The notes beneath the pieces are model-generated. The model did not search any database and had not been told where the DNA came from. It saw only the letters and a program-made list of their open reading frames with translations. Source: an uncultured Chromatiales bacterium (GTDB lineage Bacteria; Pseudomonadota; Gammaproteobacteria; DATFLL01). From it: DNA of 64,000 bases. Below are positions 10,313 through 19,364 of this stretch, piece after piece. Both the position numbers and the translations under genes were made by a program. The first letter of the stretch is position 1; each line of letters opens with the position of its first letter. The stretch is from contig CAZLQI010000009.1 of the NCBI GenBank assembly GCA_964561765.1, positions 37,266 through 101,265 on the forward strand. Reading direction: 5' to 3'.

Positions 10313-10980
10313 ACAGGCGTCCTGACCTTATGCGTGTCCTGGTTGCGCTCCTGTTGGTGTTCGCGCTTGCGGGCTGCTCTTCCAAGAGTGCGGTCTCCCA
10401 CACCCGCGGGGTCTACATGCTCATTGACACCTCAGGGACTTATACCAATGAGTTGCAGAAGGCACAAAATATTGTCGACTACGTGCTGTCCAAGCTCAAC
10501 CCGGGTGATTCTTTTGCTGTGGCGCGTATCGATACCGGCAGTTTCAGTCAGAAAAATATCATAGCCAAGATGACGTTTGATGATCGCCCCAGTATGGCCA
10601 ATGCGGAGAAGCGCGAGTTTCGCGAGACCATCGATAAATTCATCAAGCACGTGAGACCGAGCGCTTACACGGATGTCACCGGCGGTATCCTGCAGGCCAT
10701 CGAGTTTCTCAACGAGGTGAACCCGGGCCACAAGACCATCCTGATCTTCTCCGACCTCAAGCAAGATCTGAAGAAAGGCTATGTGCGCAACATTCCTCTC
10801 CAGCTCAACGGTTTCGATGTGATCGCACTCAATGTCACCAAATTGCGCAGCGACAATGTTGATCCCCGCGAGTACATGAACAGGTTGAAGGAATGGCGCA
10901 AGAAGGTCGTGGCGGGCGGTGGTCATTGGCGCGTCATCAATGACCTGGAACGTATGGAGGGAATCTTCCCTAATCCATAG
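10309..10980 (+). CDS. VWA-domain lipoprotein
   Basis: Lipobox 'ALAG-C'; MIDAS elements 'MLIDTSGT', 'YTDVTGGI', 'ILIFSDL'; ATGA overlap with the upstream stop. Confidence 0.85.
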   Translation: MNRRPDLMRVLVALLLVFALAGCSSKSAVSHTRGVYMLIDTSGTYTNELQKAQNIVDYVLSKLNPGDSFAVARIDTGSFSQKNIIAKMTFDDRPSMANAEKREFRETIDKFIKHVRPSAYTDVTGGILQAIEFLNEVNPGHKTILIFSDLKQDLKKGYVRNIPLQLNGFDVIALNVTKLRSDNVDPREYMNRLKEWRKKVVAGGGHWRVINDLERMEGIFPNP

Positions 10981-11017
10981 ATTATGGTCAGTGATAGCGT
11001 GGGACGACACGCCTTTT

Positions 11018-11058
11018 CATAAAAAAACCCGTGATGGTATACCGCGGGTTTTTTTATG
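11018..11058. terminator. Bidirectional intrinsic terminator
   Basis: CATAAAAAAACCCGTG...CGCGGGTTTTTTTATG hairpin with A and T tracts, between convergent genes. Confidence 0.85.
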
Positions 11059-11086
11059 GGCTGATCGAAGTGCGATTGAATGCTGA

Positions 11087-12178
11087 CTATTGAATGCGTG
11101 ACAGGACCCGTTCCAGTGCGCCGGATTGCGCCTGTGCCCACTGTCGGCCCTGCTCGGACAACCGGCGTGACCGGGTCTCGTCGCTGATCAGTTGGTATGC
11201 GGCTTCGACCAGAGCGTGGTCATTATCGACGCCAATGATCGCGCCCGCAGCGAGGGCTGCACGTACCACAGGATCATGGTGTACGGGGCCGACGATGACC
11301 GGACATGCCAGGCTCAGGGGCGTCAAGATATCGGGGGTGTGGCCCGCCATCTCGCTGAGGCTGCCACCGGCGACGACGAAGTCCGCACAGCGGTAGAGCG
11401 CCGTCAGTGTCTGTGGGTCTTCGATGTAGTAGACGCGACTCTTGATGGGTACGAATGAGGTGCTCAAACGGTTGTGCCGGTTGGTGGGTAGGTGGTACTT
11501 GAGGGCATCACGGTAGACCGGTTCGTAGCGTTCGCCATCCCGGGGTGCCAGCGCGAGCAGGCCCATTTTGCGCCGTATCAAAGTGAAGAAGGCGCCATAG
11601 GCGATGGCCTCCTCACCGGCGCCGGTGGCGGCAAAATAGCCGATCCAGCGCCCATTCTTGCGGTGCGCGCGAAAGCGCTCACAGAGGCCGTCAATACCCG
11701 CTGGTTTGGGTAGTTGCGTGATGCCGAGCAGGGGATCGCCGGTCAGTTCGGTATCGGCCATGTGGGTGACGTCGGCGGGATCGGCGCTCAACAGAGCCTG
11801 GGCGCGGGGCATTTTGGTGACATGGCGGGGCACGTTGACCCAGAACAGCGGTGCACGGGTGGCTGTGGCGATCGTCTCGCTATGGGGTATGTCACCAAGC
11901 AGGATGAGGCGCACTGGTGCGAGCCTGGCCAAGGCCCTGCGCAGGGCCACAGGATGGGCAGGGAGTGGCACATACGGCATGGCTTGCGTCGATGACGCGG
12001 TGGGTGGTGCGTCAAAGCCGGCGCTGGCAACGCGCCCGAAACGTGCCTGTAACCCGGCCAGCAGGTCGTGGGCCTGCGCCAGGGTGGCACTGTCGCCGAT
12101 CAGCACTGTGGCCTCGCGCGCCACGCACGGGTGCGTCCCGAATCCCATACGCGCAAATAGTGACATGAGCGAGCCCAT
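11087..12178 (-). CDS. Divergent WaaA/KdtA-like (GT-B) glycosyltransferase
   Basis: C-terminal half resembles Kdo transferase: 'LALAPRDGERY' (cf. LVPRHPERF) and 'LYRCADFVVAGGSL...GHT...PVIVGP'; start uncertain (ATG 12178 or 12166). Confidence 0.65.
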   Translation of the reverse strand: MGSLMSLFARMGFGTHPCVAREATVLIGDSATLAQAHDLLAGLQARFGRVASAGFDAPPTASSTQAMPYVPLPAHPVALRRALARLAPVRLILLGDIPHSETIATATRAPLFWVNVPRHVTKMPRAQALLSADPADVTHMADTELTGDPLLGITQLPKPAGIDGLCERFRAHRKNGRWIGYFAATGAGEEAIAYGAFFTLIRRKMGLLALAPRDGERYEPVYRDALKYHLPTNRHNRLSTSFVPIKSRVYYIEDPQTLTALYRCADFVVAGGSLSEMAGHTPDILTPLSLACPVIVGPVHHDPVVRAALAAGAIIGVDNDHALVEAAYQLISDETRSRRLSEQGRQWAQAQSGALERVLSRIQ

Positions 12179-12608
12179 TGAATAAAAAACCGGTATTATA
12201 CGGACATGGGCGTCAAATGCCACGAGAGGAATAGCCGCCTGCGAGGGTATCGCCACGGTTCCAACAACGGCGCATGCAATTGCGATTGTCTCGCGGGCAT
12301 CGGGTACAGCGATTGCCACGTGTCGGAGCGGGTTGTTACCATGAACGTGGATTGCAGGTCTGGAACGGAGACTGCGGTTGTGACGTTATATGCCAGTACC
12401 GTAGGCAGAGTGGGCAAGGTCGGCGAATGTAACCGCAGGGCGTTAACGTGTCCTTCACGGCAGTCGGTTCCAAAGTGGGTATGTTAAAGCCGGGCACGTG
12501 TCTGCCGATAAACTGCTATGGTTCGCGCCGGGGATATGTGCACTGGCGTACTGGCATGGTGAGGGCATTTTCAGCAGTGTTGAGCAAGTCTTACAATCGG
12601 ACAAATTC

Positions 12609-13061
12609 ATGAGCCATACGATTCCAGTCGGGCGCACACGCCACCCCATGTGGTTCTATGAGCGGAACTATGCCCTGTTGCATCGACTCGTACCGGGCGG
12701 ATTGAGTCTGGGTGAGGATGTCCTGCTGGCTGCCCGCGAGAGTGGTCTGTTGCGTTTTCGTGTCGAGGAACAGTGCAAATATACCCTGACGGTTGGCATC
12801 ACTCACGCGTTTAGTGTCCGATCGGCGGCGGTGAACGAGCTGTATTTGCAGGTAAGAATCTATTGTGATGCCAGTGTGGCTGAAGTGATGGGTTATCAGG
12901 GGCATTGGCGATTTCTGCCTACCTATGATTACCCTAATGAAAACATGTTTTTACCCGATGAGAAACGACAAGTCAATTTTCTGCTCTATGAATTATTGTG
13001 CCATTTCATGACGCGAAATCGTCAGTTTGTGGACATGACCGTCGATACTGTAGGTAGCTGA
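12609..13061 (+). CDS. DUF1249 (YqiB-like) protein
   Basis: 'ERNYALLHRLVP', 'VRIYCDASVAEV', 'YDYPN..MF.PDEKRQVNFLLYELL'. Confidence 0.85.
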   Translation: MSHTIPVGRTRHPMWFYERNYALLHRLVPGGLSLGEDVLLAARESGLLRFRVEEQCKYTLTVGITHAFSVRSAAVNELYLQVRIYCDASVAEVMGYQGHWRFLPTYDYPNENMFLPDEKRQVNFLLYELLCHFMTRNRQFVDMTVDTVGS

Positions 13062-13062
13062 C

Positions 13063-13848
13063 ATGAATGTGCCTGAGAAAAGAGGGTGTGACTCGAACGC
13101 CGCGTGCGCCCTTGACGCGACCTTCGTGTCCTGCAAGTGGCGTGGAATTGGCCGCGTCATGTTGTTGTGCGTTGCGCTGAGTGTGCCCGTGGGGGCAGTG
13201 GCCGCTAATGCAGCTCAGGCCCTGCAAGCGCAGCAAGTCGGTGATTTCGCTACCGCGATGCACGTGTGGATGTCATTGGCGCAAGGCGGTGATCCGGTGG
13301 CGGAGTACAATCTCGGTTTGCTGTACCGCCATGGACAGGGCGTGGCGCAGAGTGTTGCTCAGGCACGGCATTGGTTTACCCTTGCGGCCAGTCACGGGTT
13401 GGCTGATGCCTATGCCATGCTGGGTCAGGTACCGGCCGCTCTACAGGCCAGCGCCCAGGCGCCTGCGATGCGCAGTCCGAACGCGCCACAGGTCAGCGCC
13501 AATGTGCCTGCGAGGCAGACATCGACAGGTGTAGCACCAGGCGCCAGTGTGGCGCAGGGTGCACAGAGGTGGATCAGGCAACAAAGCCCGAGCCACTACA
13601 CCCTCCAGTTGGCGAGCAGCAAGAACGTGAGTCTGATCGAGAAATACATCTCTGCTAATAACCTTGAGGGGCGAGCAGGCTATTACAAGAGTCGGCGAGG
13701 TGGCGAGGATTGGTATGCCTTGGTCTACGGCAGCTACGCCTCCTTGGCCACTGCGAAGGCGGCCATCGCCAGTTTACCCGCGAGTCTGCGCAAGTGGTCA
13801 CCGTGGGTACGCAAGTATGCCGATATCCAGCATATCATGGCGCGTTGA
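13063..13848 (+). CDS. Exported Sel1-repeat + SPOR (DamX-like) peptidoglycan-binding protein
   Basis: Signal-like hydrophobic stretch; Sel1 repeat 'AEYNLGLLYRHGQGVAQSVAQARHWFTLAA'; SPOR 'HYTLQLASS...WYALVYGSY...AKAAIASLP...PWVR'; true start may be downstream. Confidence 0.85.
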   Translation: MNVPEKRGCDSNAACALDATFVSCKWRGIGRVMLLCVALSVPVGAVAANAAQALQAQQVGDFATAMHVWMSLAQGGDPVAEYNLGLLYRHGQGVAQSVAQARHWFTLAASHGLADAYAMLGQVPAALQASAQAPAMRSPNAPQVSANVPARQTSTGVAPGASVAQGAQRWIRQQSPSHYTLQLASSKNVSLIEKYISANNLEGRAGYYKSRRGGEDWYALVYGSYASLATAKAAIASLPASLRKWSPWVRKYADIQHIMAR

Positions 13849-13860
13849 GTCAGCGTCGAC

Positions 13861-14304
13861 TCAGTCCTGAGTGTGTCCACCGCACTGTCTTGCCATGTTC
13901 ATGATGCGCTGCGCAGCGCGTGTTTCGGTCTTACCAGCGACCTTCACCGCCTGTGCATAGCCATGCAGAAATGCGGGCAGACGTTGTACCACCAGTGCCT
14001 TGCGGGCGCGGCTGACGCCCTGCACCGCCCAGGCAACGCGCCAGTCCGCATTAGGCAGGGCGTCGCAGATCTTCAGGCTCCAGGTCGGTTGACGCAGGGT
14101 CCATTCATGGGCGCGCACCACCAGCCGATAGACCGTCTCTTTGCCCTCCACACCGACACCGGGGCCGATGTACTCGACTTCAAGGGCGGGGGCCAATTGT
14201 TCGAATTCCGCGTCCAGCGCAGCCAGCGCGATATCCAGTGCCTGTGTGATGGCCACAGGCGTGGTCTGACTCAGTTTGGCAAGGACATCCATATAGTCAG
14301 GCAT
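13861..14304 (-). CDS. Hypothetical protein
   Basis: ORF starting MPDYMDVLAK with GAAAGGGGA RBS; extended -10 TGTTATACT at 14349-14341 on the minus strand. Confidence 0.7.
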   Translation of the reverse strand: MPDYMDVLAKLSQTTPVAITQALDIALAALDAEFEQLAPALEVEYIGPGVGVEGKETVYRLVVRAHEWTLRQPTWSLKICDALPNADWRVAWAVQGVSRARKALVVQRLPAFLHGYAQAVKVAGKTETRAAQRIMNMARQCGGHTQD

Positions 14305-14847
14305 CGTTGCTCCCCTTTCGGTGCAAATCCAAGGCGACGCAGTATAACAGCCCTCAGACGGGGAATCTGCGTCATCACTCACGGTCAGGTTGTCGTTAAT
14401 GCCCCACGCCAGGTAGACCCCGGTAACCTCAGGGTTCATCAAGACGTGCGCAGAAAGCAGATACCCCACACGGGCGGGTGCGTGCAACTGGAATGATGGT
14501 CACACGATAGGGCGGAAAGAGGGTGAATGTGCTTCACGGAAATAGTACATTTCATACGGGAATATACAGGATATATGCTAGTCGGCCTCCGCTTTACAGT
14601 GGGTGGTTTATCGAGTGCATGTGCTGCCAACAGCGACAAGACGCATTGCGTTATTTTGGGCATGGATTTAGCCCTATTTCTGTGCTAGACCTTTAAGTAG
14701 CTCTGTAACTCAGGTTACTGCCAAACAGGATTACAGCATGATAGGTTAGAGCCGTCCCTTAAAGCGAAGGAATTCAGCAATCCTTGTATTCATTTAAGGT
14801 GTGATCTGGGATGTTGTTGTAATCCTAACTACTAGGAGGGCATAGCC

Positions 14848-15495
14848 ATGAATACTGAAGACCTACATATGAAAGAAACCCTGATCGGCGGTGCCGGGGC
14901 GGAAGCGATTGCCGGCATTGGTGCTGTCGCCCTGAGCGTTATCGGGCTGGCACATGTATATCCCGATGTACTGCTTGCCATAAGCGGGATCGCCGTTGGT
15001 ATCGGGTTGTTGCTGGAAGGCAGCAGTCTTGCGGTAGAACACAGAAAGTTGTTGTCACTCATTGCCCCTGACAAACTGGAGCACATAAACGTCGACATGG
15101 GTATGAGTGTGGAGGTAATCGCTGGTCTGACCGCGGTGGTACTCGGCATACTCTCAGTACTGGCCCTGAATCCCGACGTCCTCATGCCCGCTGCTGCGAT
15201 TGTCGTGGGCACCGCCCTGCTACTTTCCAGTGGTACCACGGCGCGTCTTAACGCGTTGCGTCTGGCGGGCCAGGATGTAGAGGGTCCTGCCCTGCACGTA
15301 GCCCGTGAAATGGTCAACGGCTCGGCCATGACCGAAGTGTTGGTGGGCATCAGTGCTGTTGTACTCGGTATCCTGGCACTGATTGGTGTTGTGCCGACCG
15401 TATTGACCCTGGTCGCCTTCCTGGCCATTGGTGGCTCGCTGGCGCTGAGCGGTTCTGCGATCGGTGGACGCCTGTTTGGCGCCATCAAGGCCTAA
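14848..15495 (+). CDS. Hypothetical 6-TM membrane protein with a three-fold internal repeat
   Basis: AGGAGG RBS; three helical hairpins, each with E-x-[IL]-x-G-x-x-A-V-x-L...P-x-V-L. Confidence 0.85.
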   Translation: MNTEDLHMKETLIGGAGAEAIAGIGAVALSVIGLAHVYPDVLLAISGIAVGIGLLLEGSSLAVEHRKLLSLIAPDKLEHINVDMGMSVEVIAGLTAVVLGILSVLALNPDVLMPAAAIVVGTALLLSSGTTARLNALRLAGQDVEGPALHVAREMVNGSAMTEVLVGISAVVLGILALIGVVPTVLTLVAFLAIGGSLALSGSAIGGRLFGAIKA

Positions 15496-15547
15496 ACCAG
15501 GTAGCGCAACCACGTTGGCTGACAATAGAGACTTCACTTAAATCGAC

Positions 15548-15591
15548 CAAGGGCCTATTGCGCAAAGACGACACGCGTCAATAGGCCCTTG
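15548..15591. terminator. 13-bp perfect inverted repeat (terminator-like hairpin)
   Basis: CAAGGGCCTATTG-N18-CAATAGGCCCTTG downstream of the 14848 gene; no clear T tract. Confidence 0.55.
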
Positions 15592-15611
15592 CGCTCTGGT
15601 TCCATACGAAC

Positions 15612-15743
15612 CTAAAAATCAAGAAAGCCGAAACTCTCTTCCCAGACGTTGATTATCTTCGTTTTCATCTCGTTCAATGTAAGCTCAAGACGATCAAGAA
15701 TATATCTCAGCATGGACAGCGGTGTGACTGTCCTCCTGTGCAA
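15612..15743 (-). pseudogene. Fragment of a group II intron-type reverse transcriptase (region after YADD, RT6-7)
   Basis: Manual translation LHRRTVTPLSMLRYILDRLELTLNEMKTKIINVWEESFGFLDF* matches the family pattern 'L.L.LN.EKT.I......FDFLGF'. Confidence 0.7.
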
Positions 15744-15788
15744 CTCAATCGAGTCTGAACCCCATTGATTGATCTCCGGTTGGGGGCA

Positions 15789-16655
15789 TCAACACGTGCC
15801 GACAGCCACCAGCATTTCGCAGGGGCCTTCGAACCGGGCGTGAGTTTCAAACTGTCTGAGTGCCTCCGCTATTTCCTGCCAGGTTTCATCTTTTTCTGTA
15901 TCGGACAGCGAAGCCATCATCTGATGCAATGCGCCGAATGATTCTTGTTCGAACTGTAAACATTCGACAGCGGATGCCAGCCGAATCGGCGCGTCAATGG
16001 CTTCCACCCGAATGTCTTTCAGTCCTGCCCGGTTGAACACATCGGTCAGAATATCCGCCGTGCCCAGGCTGAAGGGGCCGGGTTGGCCGGGCAGTGGGGC
16101 AGGCGGTTTGGCGCGGCGGCGGATGATGGAGACCGGAATGGAAAAGAACGGGTTCTTCTCTGCGGTAGCGTACACCATTGCAGCGATCTTGCCGCCTGGC
16201 TTGAGTTGCTGTTTCATTCCGAGCAGGGCCTTTTGCTGGTCGGGGAAATAGATCAGGCCAACACGCGAGATCACGGCATCGAACAGGTCGCCCTTCAACG
16301 TGTCCAGGCATTCGCCGTCGATGACACAGGCGTGGACATTGTTCAGCCCGGCCAGTTTTGCCGAGGCAGCGGCGTAGTCAAGAATGTTTGGCGACAGATC
16401 CGTGGCCAGCACATAGCCGGTGTCACCGACACGTTTGGCGGCGGTAATGGACTGCTCGCCTGCGCCGGCAGCCACATCGAGCACCCGGCTGCCGGTGGTG
16501 ATTTCGCACATATCCAGCATGGTGTCGGTGGCTGGACCCAGCCAGCGGTTCAGCAAGGGGCTCCAACGGTGCCAAGCCTCGGCTGCGCTGTTCCATTGTT
16601 CCAGAGTGGTTTTCTTGTATTGTTCGGCGTTGAATTGCGATGGGTTTTTGGTCAT
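15789..16655 (-). CDS. Class I SAM-dependent methyltransferase (UbiE-like)
   Basis: 'RVLDVAAGAGE', 'VLATDLS', 'FDAVISRVGLIYFPD', 'LKPGG', 'PGPFSLG'. Confidence 0.92.
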   Translation of the reverse strand: MTKNPSQFNAEQYKKTTLEQWNSAAEAWHRWSPLLNRWLGPATDTMLDMCEITTGSRVLDVAAGAGEQSITAAKRVGDTGYVLATDLSPNILDYAAASAKLAGLNNVHACVIDGECLDTLKGDLFDAVISRVGLIYFPDQQKALLGMKQQLKPGGKIAAMVYATAEKNPFFSIPVSIIRRRAKPPAPLPGQPGPFSLGTADILTDVFNRAGLKDIRVEAIDAPIRLASAVECLQFEQESFGALHQMMASLSDTEKDETWQEIAEALRQFETHARFEGPCEMLVAVGTC

Positions 16656-16745
16656 GATTCAGTTCCTCCTGACTTGTTGTGTCACGGTATGAGAAAGCTT
16701 ACCCTGTCCGTAAATAGATGCCATTCTCTAAATATGGAAACATGA

Positions 16746-16761
16746 TGTGCAAATTTGCACA
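16746..16761. promoter_or_regulatory. Perfect 16-bp palindrome, probable LysR operator between divergent genes
   Basis: TGTGCAAATTTGCACA, just upstream of the lysR start. Confidence 0.6.
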
Positions 16762-16775
16762 GATGACTACGGCCA

Positions 16776-17648
16776 ATGAATTGGGATGACATGCGCCTGT
16801 TTCTGGCGGTGGCGCGCACCGGTTCGATCAGTGGTGCCGGGCGCCAACTGGGGGTGCAGCACTCCACGGTGTCGCGGCGGATGCGGCAACTGGAGGAAAG
16901 ACTGGGCGCGCGTCTGATCGAGCGCAAGAAAACCAGTTACGAACTCACCGCCGCCGGTGAGAAAATCAAGCTGGCTGCTGAACGCATGGAAAGCGAAATC
17001 CTGTCGGTGGACGGTTCGGTGCTGGGAAGGGATGCCCGGCTGGTCGGCCCGCTGCGCGTGACCGCGATCAACAATATGGCCTCATCCATCCTGATGCCAA
17101 TGTTCGCCGCATTCAGCCGGAAGCACCCGGGGGTGGAACTGCATATCATTGTATCCAACACCTATGCCAGCCTGCCGCAACGCGAAGCCGATGTCGCCAT
17201 TCGCCTGACCAACCGCCCAACTGATACCCTGATAGGCACGCGTGCAGTAGCCGTTGCTTCGACTGTTTATGGCAGCCGTGACTATCTGGCTGAAATCGGC
17301 AGACAAGGTACCCGGCCAAAATGGTTGGGTGTGGAATGTTGTAATTTTCATCGCACATGGACAAAACAGCAATGTGACGGTCAGGCATATACGTTTTACA
17401 GTGACGATACCTTATTAACCCTGGCCGCGTTAAAGCAGGGGCTGGGGGTATCCTATCTTCCCTGCTTTATGGGCGATACCGAACCACAGTTGGAACGTGT
17501 TGGCGAACCGGATGCGGCACGTGATCTAGGACTGTGGATTTTGATGCACCCTGATTTTAAGCACACGGCAAGAGTGCTGGCATTTCGCGAATTCATACTG
17601 GATGCGATAAAACAGCAATCGGCGGTTTTTGAAGGACAGCTTAACTGA
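16776..17648 (+). CDS. LysR-family transcriptional regulator
   Basis: 'MNWDDMRLFLAVARTGSISGAGRQLGVQHSTVSRRMRQLEERLG', 'READVAIR'. Confidence 0.96.
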   Translation: MNWDDMRLFLAVARTGSISGAGRQLGVQHSTVSRRMRQLEERLGARLIERKKTSYELTAAGEKIKLAAERMESEILSVDGSVLGRDARLVGPLRVTAINNMASSILMPMFAAFSRKHPGVELHIIVSNTYASLPQREADVAIRLTNRPTDTLIGTRAVAVASTVYGSRDYLAEIGRQGTRPKWLGVECCNFHRTWTKQQCDGQAYTFYSDDTLLTLAALKQGLGVSYLPCFMGDTEPQLERVGEPDAARDLGLWILMHPDFKHTARVLAFREFILDAIKQQSAVFEGQLN

Positions 17649-17921
17649 CGGCTGAATCCGTGAGTCCATCACCCAAGCTCTTGATCCGTTTTTCCTACTT
17701 CAATCCTCTTGCAAAACGCTCGGAAATGAACGCATGGAGTCTGCTATTGGTAGAGAAAAGACGGCAAAGAACTGGAAGCGTTCATGGAAGCTAAGGGTGA
17801 TTGGGACGATGACCCCTGAGCGGGAACAAGTACTTTCGGCTCTCTAACCACAGAGAGCAGGAAGTAAACCTATGTGATGCAGGATCAACTACGACTCGGG
17901 TTATAGCTGCGCCTTGGGCAC

Positions 17922-18600
17922 CTATCCACCGGTAGCAAGCCGTTTGTCGTAGATAATGCCTTTTCCTTCCTGCTGGTCATGGTTCGGTCCCTCGACGTAC
18001 TGGTAGGGAATGAGTCCGTCGATGCGCTCAAATCCAGCTTCATCCAGCATATCGGTCAGATATCCCGCCAGGGGGCTGATATCGGCATAATGGAAAGTGC
18101 CATCAATCTCCAGCCTTGCCCAGCATCGGTGAATATCACCAATGGATTTGTTTCTATCTCATTCTACGCTCGGAAACTGTCGGGGTGGTGCCGGGGCCGT
18201 CATTGTGGCAGACACCGCACTGATGCGGTTCGACTGTGTATGCCAGCACACGGCCGCTGAAATTAACGGTGTCGCGCCATTCACTCACCAGCCGGTAATG
18301 GTTATCCTCTTGTCTGGCGAGGATTGAATGCGCGAAATCCACTGGCATCTTGGCGCCAACTATTTGGGTCAAAATGGTGCTTTGTTCTTCCCGGTATGAT
18401 ATTTCAGATATTCTTGTGCTATGTCTTCGTGATAGGTTGACACCGCTCCGTTACGACCTGTTCGATACGTTTCAGCTCTGGATAGGCGCCGTAGCGTGCC
18501 TCTACTTCCTCCCGTGCAGAGCCGAGGTGTTTTTGTAAACCGGGTGCAATCTCTTTCACGAGCTTACCCAGGAATTGCGACCGTATCGCACATACTGTTT
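17922..18600 (-). pseudogene. Multiply frameshifted gene remnant; C-terminal piece is transglutaminase-like
   Basis: Protein-like fragments in different minus-strand frames (QFLGKLVKEIAPGLQKHLG..., LTQIVGAKMPVDFAH..., and 18158-17922 DRNKSIGDIHRCWARLEIDGTFHYADISP...) separated by stops; 5' boundary approximate. Confidence 0.45.
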
Positions 18601-18687
18601 GGTCAGTGTGTCCCCGTCAGGGGGTACACCGTCCTGTACCTGCGCTTATCCTGGTGGTGTGGTTCAGGTTTCTTTGATGAGTGATGA

Positions 18688-19212
<525 letters not shown>

Positions 19213-19364
19213 GTCGATACAAACCTTTACTGATAATCATCGGCAAATAATGACTGGTTGTGGCTATGTAATCGCTTGCTCTGTTTCATGGCATCTGCTC
19301 AAATAGCCGCGGCTCGTTATTGTGTCTGCGAGTCCCTGCTCGTTTACCAAGGTTCTGTTTCCTC

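Noticed and set aside
17650-17920. Short ORF pieces downstream of lysR (e.g. KDGKELEAFMEAKGDWDDDP*)
   Set aside because: Too short, with no recognisable motif; cannot be supported as a feature
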